DNA of 64,000 bases from Gemmatimonadota bacterium (lineage in GTDB: Bacteria > Gemmatimonadota > Gemmatimonadetes > JACCXV01 > JAHWKZ01), in the NCBI GenBank assembly GCA_039588915.1, contig JBDGYV010000006.1:13116-77115 (forward strand), read 5' to 3'. The translations under genes and the position numbers were made by a program. Shown here piece by piece: positions 36,328-45,604 of the stretch (positions within the stretch are counted from its first letter, which is position 1; the number at the start of each line of letters is the position of its first letter). The notes beneath the pieces were generated by a model. It was not told where the DNA came from. It did not search any database and saw nothing but the letters and a program-made list of their open reading frames with translations.

Positions 36328-37371
36328 ATGAGGGATAAGCTGCGCAGCAATGTCTCGCCGATCGCCTTAGCCGGGTTAGCCATTGCGCTGTTTGCTGTGC
36401 CCACGAGCGCCCAGAAGACGGACGTTCTTCTGCTCTCCAACGGCGATAGCGTGACCGGCGAGATCAAGAGTTTCGAGCGAGGCAAGTTGAAGTACAGCAC
36501 CGACGCGATGGGTACGGTCTCAGTCGAGTGGCCAAAGATCATAAACCTTACGACCGCCAAGACCTTCCGCGTCACGCTCGAGGATGGCACGATACTGTTC
36601 GGGTCGATGCAACCAGCGGACGCGCCGGGCAGGGTTTCGATCATCGTCGATCGCGAGACGATCGAGGTTCCCACTCAATCAGTCGTCAAGATGAAACGGA
36701 TCAAGTCGAATTTTGGCGGGACCTGGACGGGAGCATCGACCTGGGGCTCGATTTCAACCAGGAGGACGGGCAGACGGACCTTAGCCTCAACACCGAGATT
36801 GTTCACAGAGTCAGCCTGCGCACCGTCAAGCTCCGTGGGAGTGCTTCCGTCGACCGTCGGGACGACACCGACAACATCACTGAGTTCACGACACGACTCT
36901 CGTACATAAAGGACTTCGGGCGCCGCTGGTTCTATCTCGGTTCGGTTTCAGCCGAAGAGAACTCGCAGCTGAAGCTTGACCTCCGCTCGTCCGTCGGTGG
37001 TGGGTTTGGGCGCTACATAATTCGGTCAAACAGAGTGATTCTCTCTGTATCAGGGGGGGGCGGGCTACGCCAGCGAGCAGTTCGAAGACGTCGGCCGCAT
37101 TAACTCGTGGCCTGCCGTGTTCATCACTGAGTTTGAGTTCTTCAGTTGGGGAGGCCTCGAGTCCGATCTCTCAAGCCGCCTGGCTGTTCTCCCGATGCTG
37201 GATCAATGGGGACGCTGGCAGGTCGACTTCGTAACGAATCTCCGGCATGAGATCGCGAACGACTTTTACATCAACGTCGGACTGAAGGAGTTTTTCGACA
37301 ACGAGCCGCCGATCGAGATAGACAACAGGAATGCTTTCAGCGTGTCGACTTCGCTTGGCTGGTCCTTCTAG
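36328..37371 (+). pseudogene. DUF481 (YdiY-like) outer-membrane beta-barrel protein gene, disrupted by two frameshifts
   Basis: Three consecutive frame segments read as one DUF481 protein: a signal-peptide N-terminal domain (36328-~36710); the GSIDLGLDFNQEDGQTDLSLNTE core (to ~37055); and …AGYASEQFEDVGRINSW…FSVSTSLGWSF ending in an aromatic residue (to 37371). The shifts are at a T3 run (~36708) and a G8 run (37053-37060). Local GC (~52%) is below the window average. Confidence 0.55.
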
Positions 37372-37375
37372 CGAA

Positions 37376-37454
37376 CTCGTCTATGAGCACGAAGGCGAGT
37401 TCCACACAGTGTCTGTGGAACCCGCCTCGTGCTGACTCTAACGCCTCTGGCAGG
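37376..37454. repeat. 79-bp direct repeat, copy B (a relic duplicate of the M28-PDZ gene 3' end)
   Basis: Still translates as LVYEHEGEFHTVSVEPAS-stop, which matches the peptidase C-terminus. It lies between the DUF481 stop (37371) and the DUF4097 gene end (37458). Confidence 0.85.
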
Positions 37455-37457
37455 GTT

Positions 37458-38252
37458 TTAGTTCCGCGCTAGCTCGATGCTGCCGTTCACGGTTTGCATC
37501 TCGAGTCGGCCGCCTCCGGTCCCGATCGAACCCTCGATCCGGCGAGGTCCCCAACGCTTCCCGGCGGCAACCGCCAACGGAAAGTCGCTATTCAACCCAC
37601 CGTTGACGGTCTGGGCCACGACGCTGGCGTTGACATCGGCCGGGAGCCCCACGTTTATCGACCCGTTGACCGTGTGCAATGAGAGCGTCCCGTTCCATGT
37701 CCCCTGACCCATCGAAACGTCGATCGCGCCATTAACGGTGTGGGCTTCTACCGTGCCCGTGCCGGAGGCACTCACGGCTCCGTTTACGGTATGGACGCGA
37801 ACGTCACCGCGAAGTGAGTTGGCTTCGATCGCTCCGTTGACCGTATTGCCTACAAACTCGACACCGGCCGGCACTCGAACGGTGAAATCCACGGCGATGT
37901 CGTTCTTCTTTAACTTCTTATCGTAATCGCCGCGGTCCTCGTCGCAGGCGCCGCTGACACCACCCTCTCTGAGCGGATACGCCGCGCAAATCCGGACGCC
38001 ACCAGCGTGCTCGACAACCACAATCTCGACCTCGTTTGGATCGCTCTTCTCTGCGTGTCGAACCGCCACTAGCTCAACTGTCGATCCAGTCGCGGGCATG
38101 GCGTCGATCTCACCGTTTAGCCCCCGAATCTCGAGCGTCTTGCCGGCCTCGATCGCGCCCTCCCACCGAAACTCTGCTGTCCGTTGCGCCACCAGCGTCG
38201 CCGGCAGAGTGGCCAGTAGGGCCAGTGTGAGGAGTGTTCTTGTGAAGTTCAT
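37458..38252 (-). CDS. DUF4097 (putative adhesin / YvlB-like) beta-helical repeat protein, secreted
   Basis: Signal peptide and repeated HTVNGAI…/…VNGSI… units. Confidence 0.7.
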   Translation of the reverse strand: MNFTRTLLTLALLATLPATLVAQRTAEFRWEGAIEAGKTLEIRGLNGEIDAMPATGSTVELVAVRHAEKSDPNEVEIVVVEHAGGVRICAAYPLREGGVSGACDEDRGDYDKKLKKNDIAVDFTVRVPAGVEFVGNTVNGAIEANSLRGDVRVHTVNGAVSASGTGTVEAHTVNGAIDVSMGQGTWNGTLSLHTVNGSINVGLPADVNASVVAQTVNGGLNSDFPLAVAAGKRWGPRRIEGSIGTGGGRLEMQTVNGSIELARN

Positions 38253-38267
38253 TCGTCTCTCCCTCTC

Positions 38268-39149
38268 TTATCGATCCGAACGCTTTAGCAGGATCGCGCC
38301 ATTGAAGGTCTCGAGCTCGATTTGAGCGTCTCCTGAGCCCAGCGTGAACGTCGTCGACTTCCCGGGCTCAGCCTCGGTCACCGTCACCGGGAAGTCAGCC
38401 TCGAACTCACCGTTGTAGGTGAAGGCACTGATGGTGGCGTTGGCACCCCGCGGTATCGTGATATCGATCGTCCCGTTGTGGGTCTCCATGCTGTACCACC
38501 CATCGGAATGAATTGGGCCCCGAAAAACGATCGCACCGTTGACCGAGGATGCCTCCAGATTATGAGCATCGCAGCGCTCGAGCGTGACCGGACCATTCAC
38601 GGTCGTCGCCTCGATGTCGCCAACCACATCGGTCAGCGACACGAACTCGTTGACCGAGTGGGCCTCAACGCGACCACGGGCACCGGTCAGTTCGATGCCA
38701 CCCTCCACTGATCCGACCTCGATCGTGTTCCGCCCGCCGTTGACGCGAACCAGCCCCTTCATCGAGTGCGCTTCGATCCGTCCAGTCGTGCCCTCGATCG
38801 AGATGCGGCCTTCAATCGTGTGCGCCTCGATGTCCGCATCCACCGGGATCGTGAGGGTAAAGTCAGTCGCACGACCCTGGCCGTGAACCATCTCGGCCTC
38901 GACGCTCACCTCGGAGTCGTTGCTGTCGAAGTGCACATCCGCCGCACCCGTGGCCTGAACGCGGACCGCGTTTCGATCCCATGTACTGATGGTGATGTCG
39001 CCGACCATGTTGTCAACTTCGATCGTAGCGTTGGCACCCACCGAGAGCAGCGTGTCTACTGCGGCCTGCGGTCTCGCGGTCGCTGGGCTCAGGGTGATCA
39101 ACGCAAATCCAATTACAACTGTGATGTATCGCATCGGAATCCTCCTCAT
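38268..39149 (-). CDS. DUF4097 (putative adhesin / YvlB-like) repeat protein, secreted
   Basis: Signal peptide and repeated …EAHS(V/M)…G.I.. units, paralogous to the downstream gene. Confidence 0.7.
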   Translation of the reverse strand: MRRIPMRYITVVIGFALITLSPATARPQAAVDTLLSVGANATIEVDNMVGDITISTWDRNAVRVQATGAADVHFDSNDSEVSVEAEMVHGQGRATDFTLTIPVDADIEAHTIEGRISIEGTTGRIEAHSMKGLVRVNGGRNTIEVGSVEGGIELTGARGRVEAHSVNEFVSLTDVVGDIEATTVNGPVTLERCDAHNLEASSVNGAIVFRGPIHSDGWYSMETHNGTIDITIPRGANATISAFTYNGEFEADFPVTVTEAEPGKSTTFTLGSGDAQIELETFNGAILLKRSDR

Positions 39150-39865
39150 ATCGATGTTCGAATGATGCTCGTAGCTTGGCGCACGACATCGAGCTTCCGC
39201 TGTCGAGCACCGGCCAGATAGTTGTAGAGCTGTGTGCTTTCCGGATCGGCATCAATCGCCTCGACGATCTCCTCGATCGCCTGATCGATCGCCGTCAGGT
39301 TGGCTTCCACGGTGGCCACCGTCTCGGGGTCCAATCGATCGCGGTACATCGCCAGGAGCTCCTCGAAATCAGCCACCGCGGCATCCTCAGCGACGTCTGG
39401 GGCTGGACATTTTCGAGGGATGCCGAGGAACGTGCAGTCGAGGCTCGCTAGCTGCGTGGGGGTCGCACTGTCGGGTTGCACGGCGGTTACCGGCGGGCCA
39501 CCATCGGTGCCGCGCTCGGCTCCCGATCGCGCCCACCACGTCGCGCTGACCGACAGAACGATCAAAGCCACCGCTGCCGCTGCCATCTGCGGCAACGTAA
39601 ACGAGAGTAGGCGTCGGGCGCGGTGTGTTTCAACCGATACCACCATCGATCGATCCTCGAGCCGCTCTTCGATTCCACTCCAAAGTTCGTTCTCCGGCGG
39701 CCGGTCCTCGAGCGACCGTGCCTGAACGACGATCCCTCGCAAATCGGCGAGCACCCTCTGACAATCGGCGCACGTTTCCAAATGGTGCTCAACCGATGTC
39801 CGCTCGGCGGCATCCAGGTCGCCATCTATATAGGCCGACAAGCGTTCTGTAGAATGCTCACTCAT
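39146..39865 (-). CDS. Zinc-finger (ZAS-type) anti-sigma factor with a TM helix
   Basis: HLETCADCQRVL motif, a TM segment MAAAAVALIVLSVSATWWA, and a 4-nt overlap with the downstream gene. Confidence 0.7.
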   Translation of the reverse strand: MSEHSTERLSAYIDGDLDAAERTSVEHHLETCADCQRVLADLRGIVVQARSLEDRPPENELWSGIEERLEDRSMVVSVETHRARRLLSFTLPQMAAAAVALIVLSVSATWWARSGAERGTDGGPPVTAVQPDSATPTQLASLDCTFLGIPRKCPAPDVAEDAAVADFEELLAMYRDRLDPETVATVEANLTAIDQAIEEIVEAIDADPESTQLYNYLAGARQRKLDVVRQATSIIRTSI

Positions 39866-39875
39866 TATCCGACTC

Positions 39876-40394
39876 CTAGGCGGTTAACTGCTCGCGCAAC
39901 AGCATGCGCGCGCGATGGAGCTGGGACTTTGATGTTCCAGCCGCGATGTCGAGCAGGTCAGCGATCTCATCGTGCTTGTATCCCTCGATGTCGTGGAGCA
40001 CGAACACTTCTCTGGCTTTTCCGGGCAGCGTTTCGATCGCGGCTTCCATGTCGACGCTGATCTCGGTCGACGCCGGGCGGACTTGCACCCGCTCCACCGG
40101 TTCATCCGTAGCCGCGTACCTCTCGCGCTCACGGGACTTCGTTTTTCGGTGTCCAAGCATCACGTTTATCGCCACCCTATGTAACCAGGTTGAGAACGCT
40201 GCATCGCCACGAAACGTGTCGAGCTTTTTCCAAGCCAGCACGAACACGTCCTGTGTCAGCTCGTCGGCTTCCTCCGGTCCCACCATGCGCCGCGCCAAAC
40301 TGTGAACGCGCGGTACGTGGTCGTGGTACAAGCGTTCGAACGCCCTTGCGTCGCCCTCGGCAGCCAGCCGAACATCTGTCGTCGAGCCCGTCAC
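39876..40394 (-). CDS. ECF (sigma-70 family) RNA polymerase sigma factor
   Basis: Region 2 (FERLYHDHVPRVHSLARRMVGPEEADELTQDVFVLAWKKL) and region 4 (HDIEGYKHDEIADLLDIAAGTSKSQLHRARMLLR). Confidence 0.85.
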   Translation of the reverse strand: MTGSTTDVRLAAEGDARAFERLYHDHVPRVHSLARRMVGPEEADELTQDVFVLAWKKLDTFRGDAAFSTWLHRVAINVMLGHRKTKSRERERYAATDEPVERVQVRPASTEISVDMEAAIETLPGKAREVFVLHDIEGYKHDEIADLLDIAAGTSKSQLHRARMLLREQLTA

Positions 40395-40499
40395 CTCGGG
40401 CGATGTCTCTCTCGCAAGTATGGTCTCTCCGCGGCCAATGATTCGTCATACACCCTATTGGAGGGGCCAGGGGAGGAAAAGGTTGGAATCGGGGGGTTC

Positions 40500-41039
40500 T
40501 CAGACCCCGTCAAGGAGGGATCGGTAGACGGCGAGGTCGGAATCGGTGAACAGGACGAAGCGGACCAGCCGCACCGAGCCGGGATCCGCCAGCCACTCCC
40601 GGACCGCCCCCACGGCCACCGGGGCGGCGTGGTCGATCGGGTACCCGTAGGCACCGGTGGAGATCGAAGGGAAAGCGACCGAAGCCAGTTCGTGTGCGTT
40701 GGCCAGATCGAGGGCATGGACGTAGCAGCTCCTTAGGAGCTCGGGCTCACCGCAATCGCCACCTCGCCACCAAGGCCCGACCGCGTGGATGACGTAACCG
40801 GCGAGCAGGTCATGGCCGCCGGAGATCCTCGCCTCGCCGGTGGGACACCCACCCAACTTTCGACACTCTTCCAGCAGTTGTGGGCCCGCCGCCCGATGGA
40901 TCGTACCATCGACACCACCGCCACCGAGCAGGGACTGGTTGGCGGCATTCACGATGGCATCGACTTGCTGGTGGGTGATGTCACCAACCAGCGCCTCAAT
41001 GGCGGACGTGCTCAATTCGTCGCCGGCGCCTCGATCCAA
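40500..41039 (-). CDS. Macro-domain protein (O-acetyl-ADP-ribose deacetylase / YmdB-like)
   Basis: [34 protein letters not shown] and [12 protein letters not shown] motifs. Confidence 0.8.
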   Translation of the reverse strand: MDRGAGDELSTSAIEALVGDITHQQVDAIVNAANQSLLGGGGVDGTIHRAAGPQLLEECRKLGGCPTGEARISGGHDLLAGYVIHAVGPWWRGGDCGEPELLRSCYVHALDLANAHELASVAFPSISTGAYGYPIDHAAPVAVGAVREWLADPGSVRLVRFVLFTDSDLAVYRSLLDGV

Positions 41040-41548
41040 TCCGGCATCGGGTTCTCGTCGCGTACTTCATCCCAAGCGATCGACACCACGTACCACCGAT
41101 CGCCATCGGTGACCAGTGTGATGGTGTTGATGCCGTACGTGAACGGCTCTTCATCGACAGCATTGCGTGACTCGTAGGCGCTCATCGCGTTGGCGACGTT
41201 GCCGAATCTGAGCCGAACGTAATCCTCGTAAGTAAAGACTCGCGCCGGGTGGCTCCCATCGGGCCTAGGCACCATCGCCGACAGCACCGCACCAGGTGCG
41301 AACAGCGAGCGGAACCGATCCCAATCCCGCTCTCCCGCCGGACCCGAGATCACGTCGTAGAGGGCTGCGATGATGGCGTCGATCGACTCGACATCGGCCG
41401 GATTGGCCTCGGGGTGAGCGGGGGTTTCCGGTTGAACCGTGGCATCGGCCTCGGCGTTCGCTTTGGCCTCGTCGTCCTGCGCATGCGCCGGGCTAGCGAC
41501 TCCGAATGCGCCGAGCACGATGCCCGCTATGAGAAGCTGCTTCCACAT
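41012..41548 (-). CDS. Secreted protein of unknown function, possibly with an NTF2/SnoaL-like fold
   Basis: Signal peptide [23 protein letters not shown]. Overlaps the macro-domain gene start by 28 nt. No confident family assignment. Confidence 0.5.
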   Translation of the reverse strand: MWKQLLIAGIVLGAFGVASPAHAQDDEAKANAEADATVQPETPAHPEANPADVESIDAIIAALYDVISGPAGERDWDRFRSLFAPGAVLSAMVPRPDGSHPARVFTYEDYVRLRFGNVANAMSAYESRNAVDEEPFTYGINTITLVTDGDRWYVVSIAWDEVRDENPMPDWIEAPATN

Positions 41549-41644
41549 AGTTCTTTCCTCGTTGAGATCGTTACCGCTTACAGGCTATTGGAGTTGAGCC
41601 CGTGCAAGATAGAACGGTCCCCGGGCAGACCCAAACGTGGGGAA

Positions 41645-44296
41645 CTAGAACGGAACCCAGTAGGTGAACTTGACGGCGAAGACGTTATCGCCGTCGGCGG
41701 TGAATGCGTCGAGCAGGTCGCCAGGCGCGACTAGCGCCCCTCGAGTGTCATCTTCGGAGCGATTCTGTTGCCACACGACGAACAGCGTGCTTCCCGGGCT
41801 CCACTCCCACCGCAGGACCAGGTTGCTCCGGAACGACAACACATCGAAGTCGGGGTTATCGAACGAGAACGACTCGCCTCCGACGCTGACGTCGTAGTTG
41901 CCGTCTTCGTCTCGCGTGATCGTCCCGTCATCCTCACCGTAGACCAAGAGATCGTTGGTCCTCGGGGCGGCCAGCTCCCCGACCCCAAAGTACCGCCCAC
42001 TCGATGCGAACGGTTCGGCGTATAGCTCGAGGTTCAGATCGGGTGTAAACGAGTAGTTGGCGCGCAGCGCGGCCGCGATCTCGCTACGATCGATGAAGCC
42101 AAACACATAGCGGCTGCCAAACGTCGCTTCGCGACCGTCATCGAAAGAGTCGATGAACTGTCGCGAGTCCCGACGCCTCACGTACCGAGGCTCGGCGGAG
42201 ATCACCAACCGATCCGAGGGCTGGTATCGGAATTCGGGGTCGACTCGGTACTCCCAGCCGCCGATCTCGTTGCGGCTGAGAAGGAAGCGCGTCCCCCAGC
42301 GATTGGGGCTGTTGTGGTTGCTGAACAGGCCTCCCACAACCCAGAAGCTGCTCGGGTTCTCCATGAGCGGGCCACCGCGCGTCTGGGTGTCGCTCTGGTA
42401 TCGGAAGTTGTGTCCCACCTCGAAGAAACTACGCATGAAGTTGAGGAACGTGGCGTTCGCGAAGACGCCCACGTTCTGGTTTCTGTTGACGCCATCGAAG
42501 TTCCACCCCTGGTTCGTAAAGACGCCCATTTCCCAGTTTCGGAAGTGGTCGCCGGGGTCGGTCTCGGTGTACCGGATGTTGCCCCACGCGTTGGCCTCGT
42601 CGGCGTGGCCAAGGCGGCCCACGTCGTTGACGTCGAACCCGGGGGATTCCATCCACACGCCGTGGCCCCAGCGCCAGTTTCCGGTCCTCTTGCCGCCCCG
42701 TAGAGAAGCCGTCCAGCCGGAGAGCGATTCGCGTGTCGGATCGACTTCCACGTGATCTTGGTCGGGTCGCTGATAGTAATGAACGCTGCTCTCCTGTAAC
42801 TCGAGGATCGCCTCTGGAGAACCACTCACGTGACTGAATCCTGCGTGACCCAGGATCTCGTACCAGCCGTCGGTAAACCGCTTGTTCCAGTCGACCCCGC
42901 CGGTGATAGCCTGCTGGGGGAGGGAATCGGCCAACTCGCTTCCTGACTCGAGACTGCGGTTCACGCCGGTGAGCGTAACGCCAACCGTGGAAGCATTCTC
43001 GCCTATCTGCTGCTGCAGGCGAAGCACTCCGTACGTCGTCGTAGGCTCGACATCAACTTCCCCGATCTCGTCGATCCCAGTGTCAAAGAACTGGGCTTTC
43101 TCGTCATCGGTCACCGCCGCCAGGGCGCCGATCGTTAGCCCTGACTCCAACTGACCGGTCATCTTGGCTGCGCCTATGATCGTGGTCGTGCTGGGCGCAT
43201 TGACAAAATCGTGGTCCGGCTCATTATGCGGCGGCGCTCCGATCCGGCGCGAGTAGTAATAGTCGGGCCCCACGCCATCGAAGTTTTGCTGCCCAGCGGT
43301 GAAGAACGGTCGGCGCTCGTCGAAGAACGTCTGAAACGCCGAGAGGTTGACCTCGGCTGGATCGGCCTCGACTTGTCCGAAATCAGGGTTGATCGCGGCG
43401 TCGAGGGTGAGGTTCGGTCCCAACCCCATCCGGAAGTCGAGACCGGTTCGAGCGTCTCCGTCAGTGGTCTCACCGAACGGGTCGTCCGCGTCGATTAGAT
43501 CCTCCGATGTCATCGTGGTGGAGCCGGCCACGTAGGGAATCAGCTCGATACGCTTGTTTGACGGCAAGTTGTTGAGGCCGACTAGATCGCCAAACCGCGA
43601 CGCCCAACCGGTCTCGTCGCGGGGCACGATGATCCAGAACGAATCCTCGTTGATCGCCGGCACATACCGATTGATGTTCACCCCCCACACCAGCTCCTTG
43701 CTGCGGTTAAAACGAAGCTGCGAGAACGGGATTCGCATCTCGGCTGTCCAGCCACTGTCGGTCACATTTGCGCGGGCAGTCCAAACCGGATCGAACGTGA
43801 AATCGCGCTGGAACTCGTGATCCACGGGATGGAAGTAGTCGACCCGCACACCGGCCGCCGTGACCGCAAAGTTGTACGCGGTGCGTCGATCGAGAAACGT
43901 GTCGAGCGAAACGATCAGCCGCTCGGCTTGTCCGGGATCGTCCCGGCGCGTCATCAAGTTACCGATCGTGGCCGGGTCATCGCTGTGCATGCGAGCGCCG
44001 ACATAGAGTGCTTGATCGTCGTACAGAAAAGCGACCTCTGTGTCGAGACTCGCCGGCTCTCCCTGATCAGGCTCCTTTTGGATGAACTTGGTGACCCACC
44101 GGGCTGTCTCCCACACGGACTCGTCTAGATGGCCATCGATCGACGGCGACCCGCCCGATACGCGGGCGACCTCGATACGCTTGCGCTGGTTACTATCCCG
44201 TGGGAGGTCTTCGGCACCACCGGGGCTGCTCTGAGCGAGCGCGGCCGACGGCCACAACATCAGAATGGCGATCGCTACACGGAAGATCATCAACAC
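41645..44296 (-). CDS. Large outer-membrane protein: N-terminal CBM9-like carbohydrate-binding domain plus DUF5916-type beta-barrel
   Basis: 883 aa with a signal peptide. N-terminal region IDGHLDESVWETA…FLYDDQALYVGARM typical of CBM9-like/DUF5916 proteins. C-terminus …KFTYWVPF ends in Phe, an outer-membrane barrel signature. Confidence 0.65.
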   Translation of the reverse strand: MLMIFRVAIAILMLWPSAALAQSSPGGAEDLPRDSNQRKRIEVARVSGGSPSIDGHLDESVWETARWVTKFIQKEPDQGEPASLDTEVAFLYDDQALYVGARMHSDDPATIGNLMTRRDDPGQAERLIVSLDTFLDRRTAYNFAVTAAGVRVDYFHPVDHEFQRDFTFDPVWTARANVTDSGWTAEMRIPFSQLRFNRSKELVWGVNINRYVPAINEDSFWIIVPRDETGWASRFGDLVGLNNLPSNKRIELIPYVAGSTTMTSEDLIDADDPFGETTDGDARTGLDFRMGLGPNLTLDAAINPDFGQVEADPAEVNLSAFQTFFDERRPFFTAGQQNFDGVGPDYYYSRRIGAPPHNEPDHDFVNAPSTTTIIGAAKMTGQLESGLTIGALAAVTDDEKAQFFDTGIDEIGEVDVEPTTTYGVLRLQQQIGENASTVGVTLTGVNRSLESGSELADSLPQQAITGGVDWNKRFTDGWYEILGHAGFSHVSGSPEAILELQESSVHYYQRPDQDHVEVDPTRESLSGWTASLRGGKRTGNWRWGHGVWMESPGFDVNDVGRLGHADEANAWGNIRYTETDPGDHFRNWEMGVFTNQGWNFDGVNRNQNVGVFANATFLNFMRSFFEVGHNFRYQSDTQTRGGPLMENPSSFWVVGGLFSNHNSPNRWGTRFLLSRNEIGGWEYRVDPEFRYQPSDRLVISAEPRYVRRRDSRQFIDSFDDGREATFGSRYVFGFIDRSEIAAALRANYSFTPDLNLELYAEPFASSGRYFGVGELAAPRTNDLLVYGEDDGTITRDEDGNYDVSVGGESFSFDNPDFDVLSFRSNLVLRWEWSPGSTLFVVWQQNRSEDDTRGALVAPGDLLDAFTADGDNVFAVKFTYWVPF

Positions 44297-44309
44297 ACCA
44301 CGCCCATCG

Positions 44310-44699
44310 CTAACTACTCTCCTGCTTAGCCTGCTCGATCATATTCGCCAGCCGATCCAGCTCCTCTTTTGAGAGCTTAGATGGCCTGTGATCGAGAAGG
44401 GTTGCAACGGCATCCTCGAGCGAGTTGTCGAAGAACGTCCTCAGGAGCCTGTTGATCGCCGACCGACGGGCGGCTTCCACCGGCACCGTTGCCTGGTACA
44501 CATAACGTGGCCCGTCCTTACGGTGTTCAACGTGGTCTTTGTCCTCCAATACGCGCAGCATCGCTCGGACCGCGCTATAGCTGGGCGCCTCGGGCAATCT
44601 CGCCCGGACGTCAGCCGCCGTCGCAGAGCCGAGCTGGTAGACGATATCCATGATCTGGCGCTCACGACGGCTGAGCTCGCCGTGGAGGGTCTCGATCAT
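44310..44699 (-). CDS. BlaI/MecI/CopY-family transcriptional repressor
   Basis: 129 aa. Winged-helix N-terminus (LSRRERQIMDIVYQLGSATAADV) and a C-terminal dimerisation helix. 13 nt upstream of the large OMP gene. Confidence 0.85.
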   Translation of the reverse strand: MIETLHGELSRRERQIMDIVYQLGSATAADVRARLPEAPSYSAVRAMLRVLEDKDHVEHRKDGPRYVYQATVPVEAARRSAINRLLRTFFDNSLEDAVATLLDHRPSKLSKEELDRLANMIEQAKQESS

Positions 44700-44777
44700 C
44701 GCTGGAGCTCCCGAAATCAGGTCGGTGGGTAAACGATCAGACGACAGATGCTAGTTTTTTAGCACGCCCCCTCTCGC

Positions 44778-45557
44778 TTGTCAAGCATTACCTTTCGCGC
44801 ACTCATGGTCTATTTCTTGATCCCGGCGTACGAGGAGGAGCAGACGATCGGCCTTCTCCTCTACAAAATCCGTTCCGTAATGCAGACCGTTCGTCGCGAC
44901 TATCTGGCGATCGTTCTCGACGACGGCTCGCGAGACGCCACCGCCAAGGTCGCGGAGCGATATCGCAAGTTCCTGCCGGTAAGAGTTCTGAAGCACGCCA
45001 ACAATAACGGGGTTGGACCCGCGCTCGACCGATTGGTTCGAGAAGCATGCCGGCTGTCCCGCTACCCGCAACGCGATATCGCGATCACCATCGAAGGCGA
45101 TTTCTCGTGGTCGCCGGATCCGGTGCCAGACATGGTTCGGCAGATTGAAGCCGGTGCGGATATCGTGATCGGCGCACGTGAGAGACCCGATCGACCGTCT
45201 GAGGCGATGCCGTTCTCTCGTCGTGCTGGAGCGCGAGTCGTGTCTACGGTTCTCAAGGCGGTCATGCCGCTCCAAGGAGTCACCGACTACACGTCGACGT
45301 TCCGCGCCTATCGGATTAGCACACTCAAGCAAGCGATCACCGTGAACCAGGAGAATCTCATCACGTACCGGGACAACGCAGCCAACGTAGAGCTTCTCCT
45401 GCGCCTGGGGCGCTTGCACCCGTCGATCGCCGAGGTGTCGGCACCAACACGTTGCGACATCCGCACTCGCGAATCACGGCACGAGTGGCACGGCGCGGTC
45501 AAGAGCCAACTGAGCCTCACCGGCCGCGTGGGCCGCGCTCCCGCCGCCCGAGGCTGA
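44778..45557 (+). CDS. Family 2 glycosyltransferase (Dpm1/polyprenol-phosphate sugar transferase-like)
   Basis: VLDDGSRDAT (DxD region) and a GT2 core. The start is probably an internal M near 44805. Confidence 0.75.
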   Translation: MSSITFRALMVYFLIPAYEEEQTIGLLLYKIRSVMQTVRRDYLAIVLDDGSRDATAKVAERYRKFLPVRVLKHANNNGVGPALDRLVREACRLSRYPQRDIAITIEGDFSWSPDPVPDMVRQIEAGADIVIGARERPDRPSEAMPFSRRAGARVVSTVLKAVMPLQGVTDYTSTFRAYRISTLKQAITVNQENLITYRDNAANVELLLRLGRLHPSIAEVSAPTRCDIRTRESRHEWHGAVKSQLSLTGRVGRAPAARG

Positions 45558-45604
45558 TTCCGCCGGGGAACAAACCGGTTCTCTGCCCCGTATAACCGGT
45601 ACCT

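Noticed and set aside
35484-36674. 396-aa minus-strand ORF overlapping the M28-PDZ peptidase and DUF481 genes
   Set aside because: Antisense to a strongly supported gene; the translation is Arg-rich and featureless.
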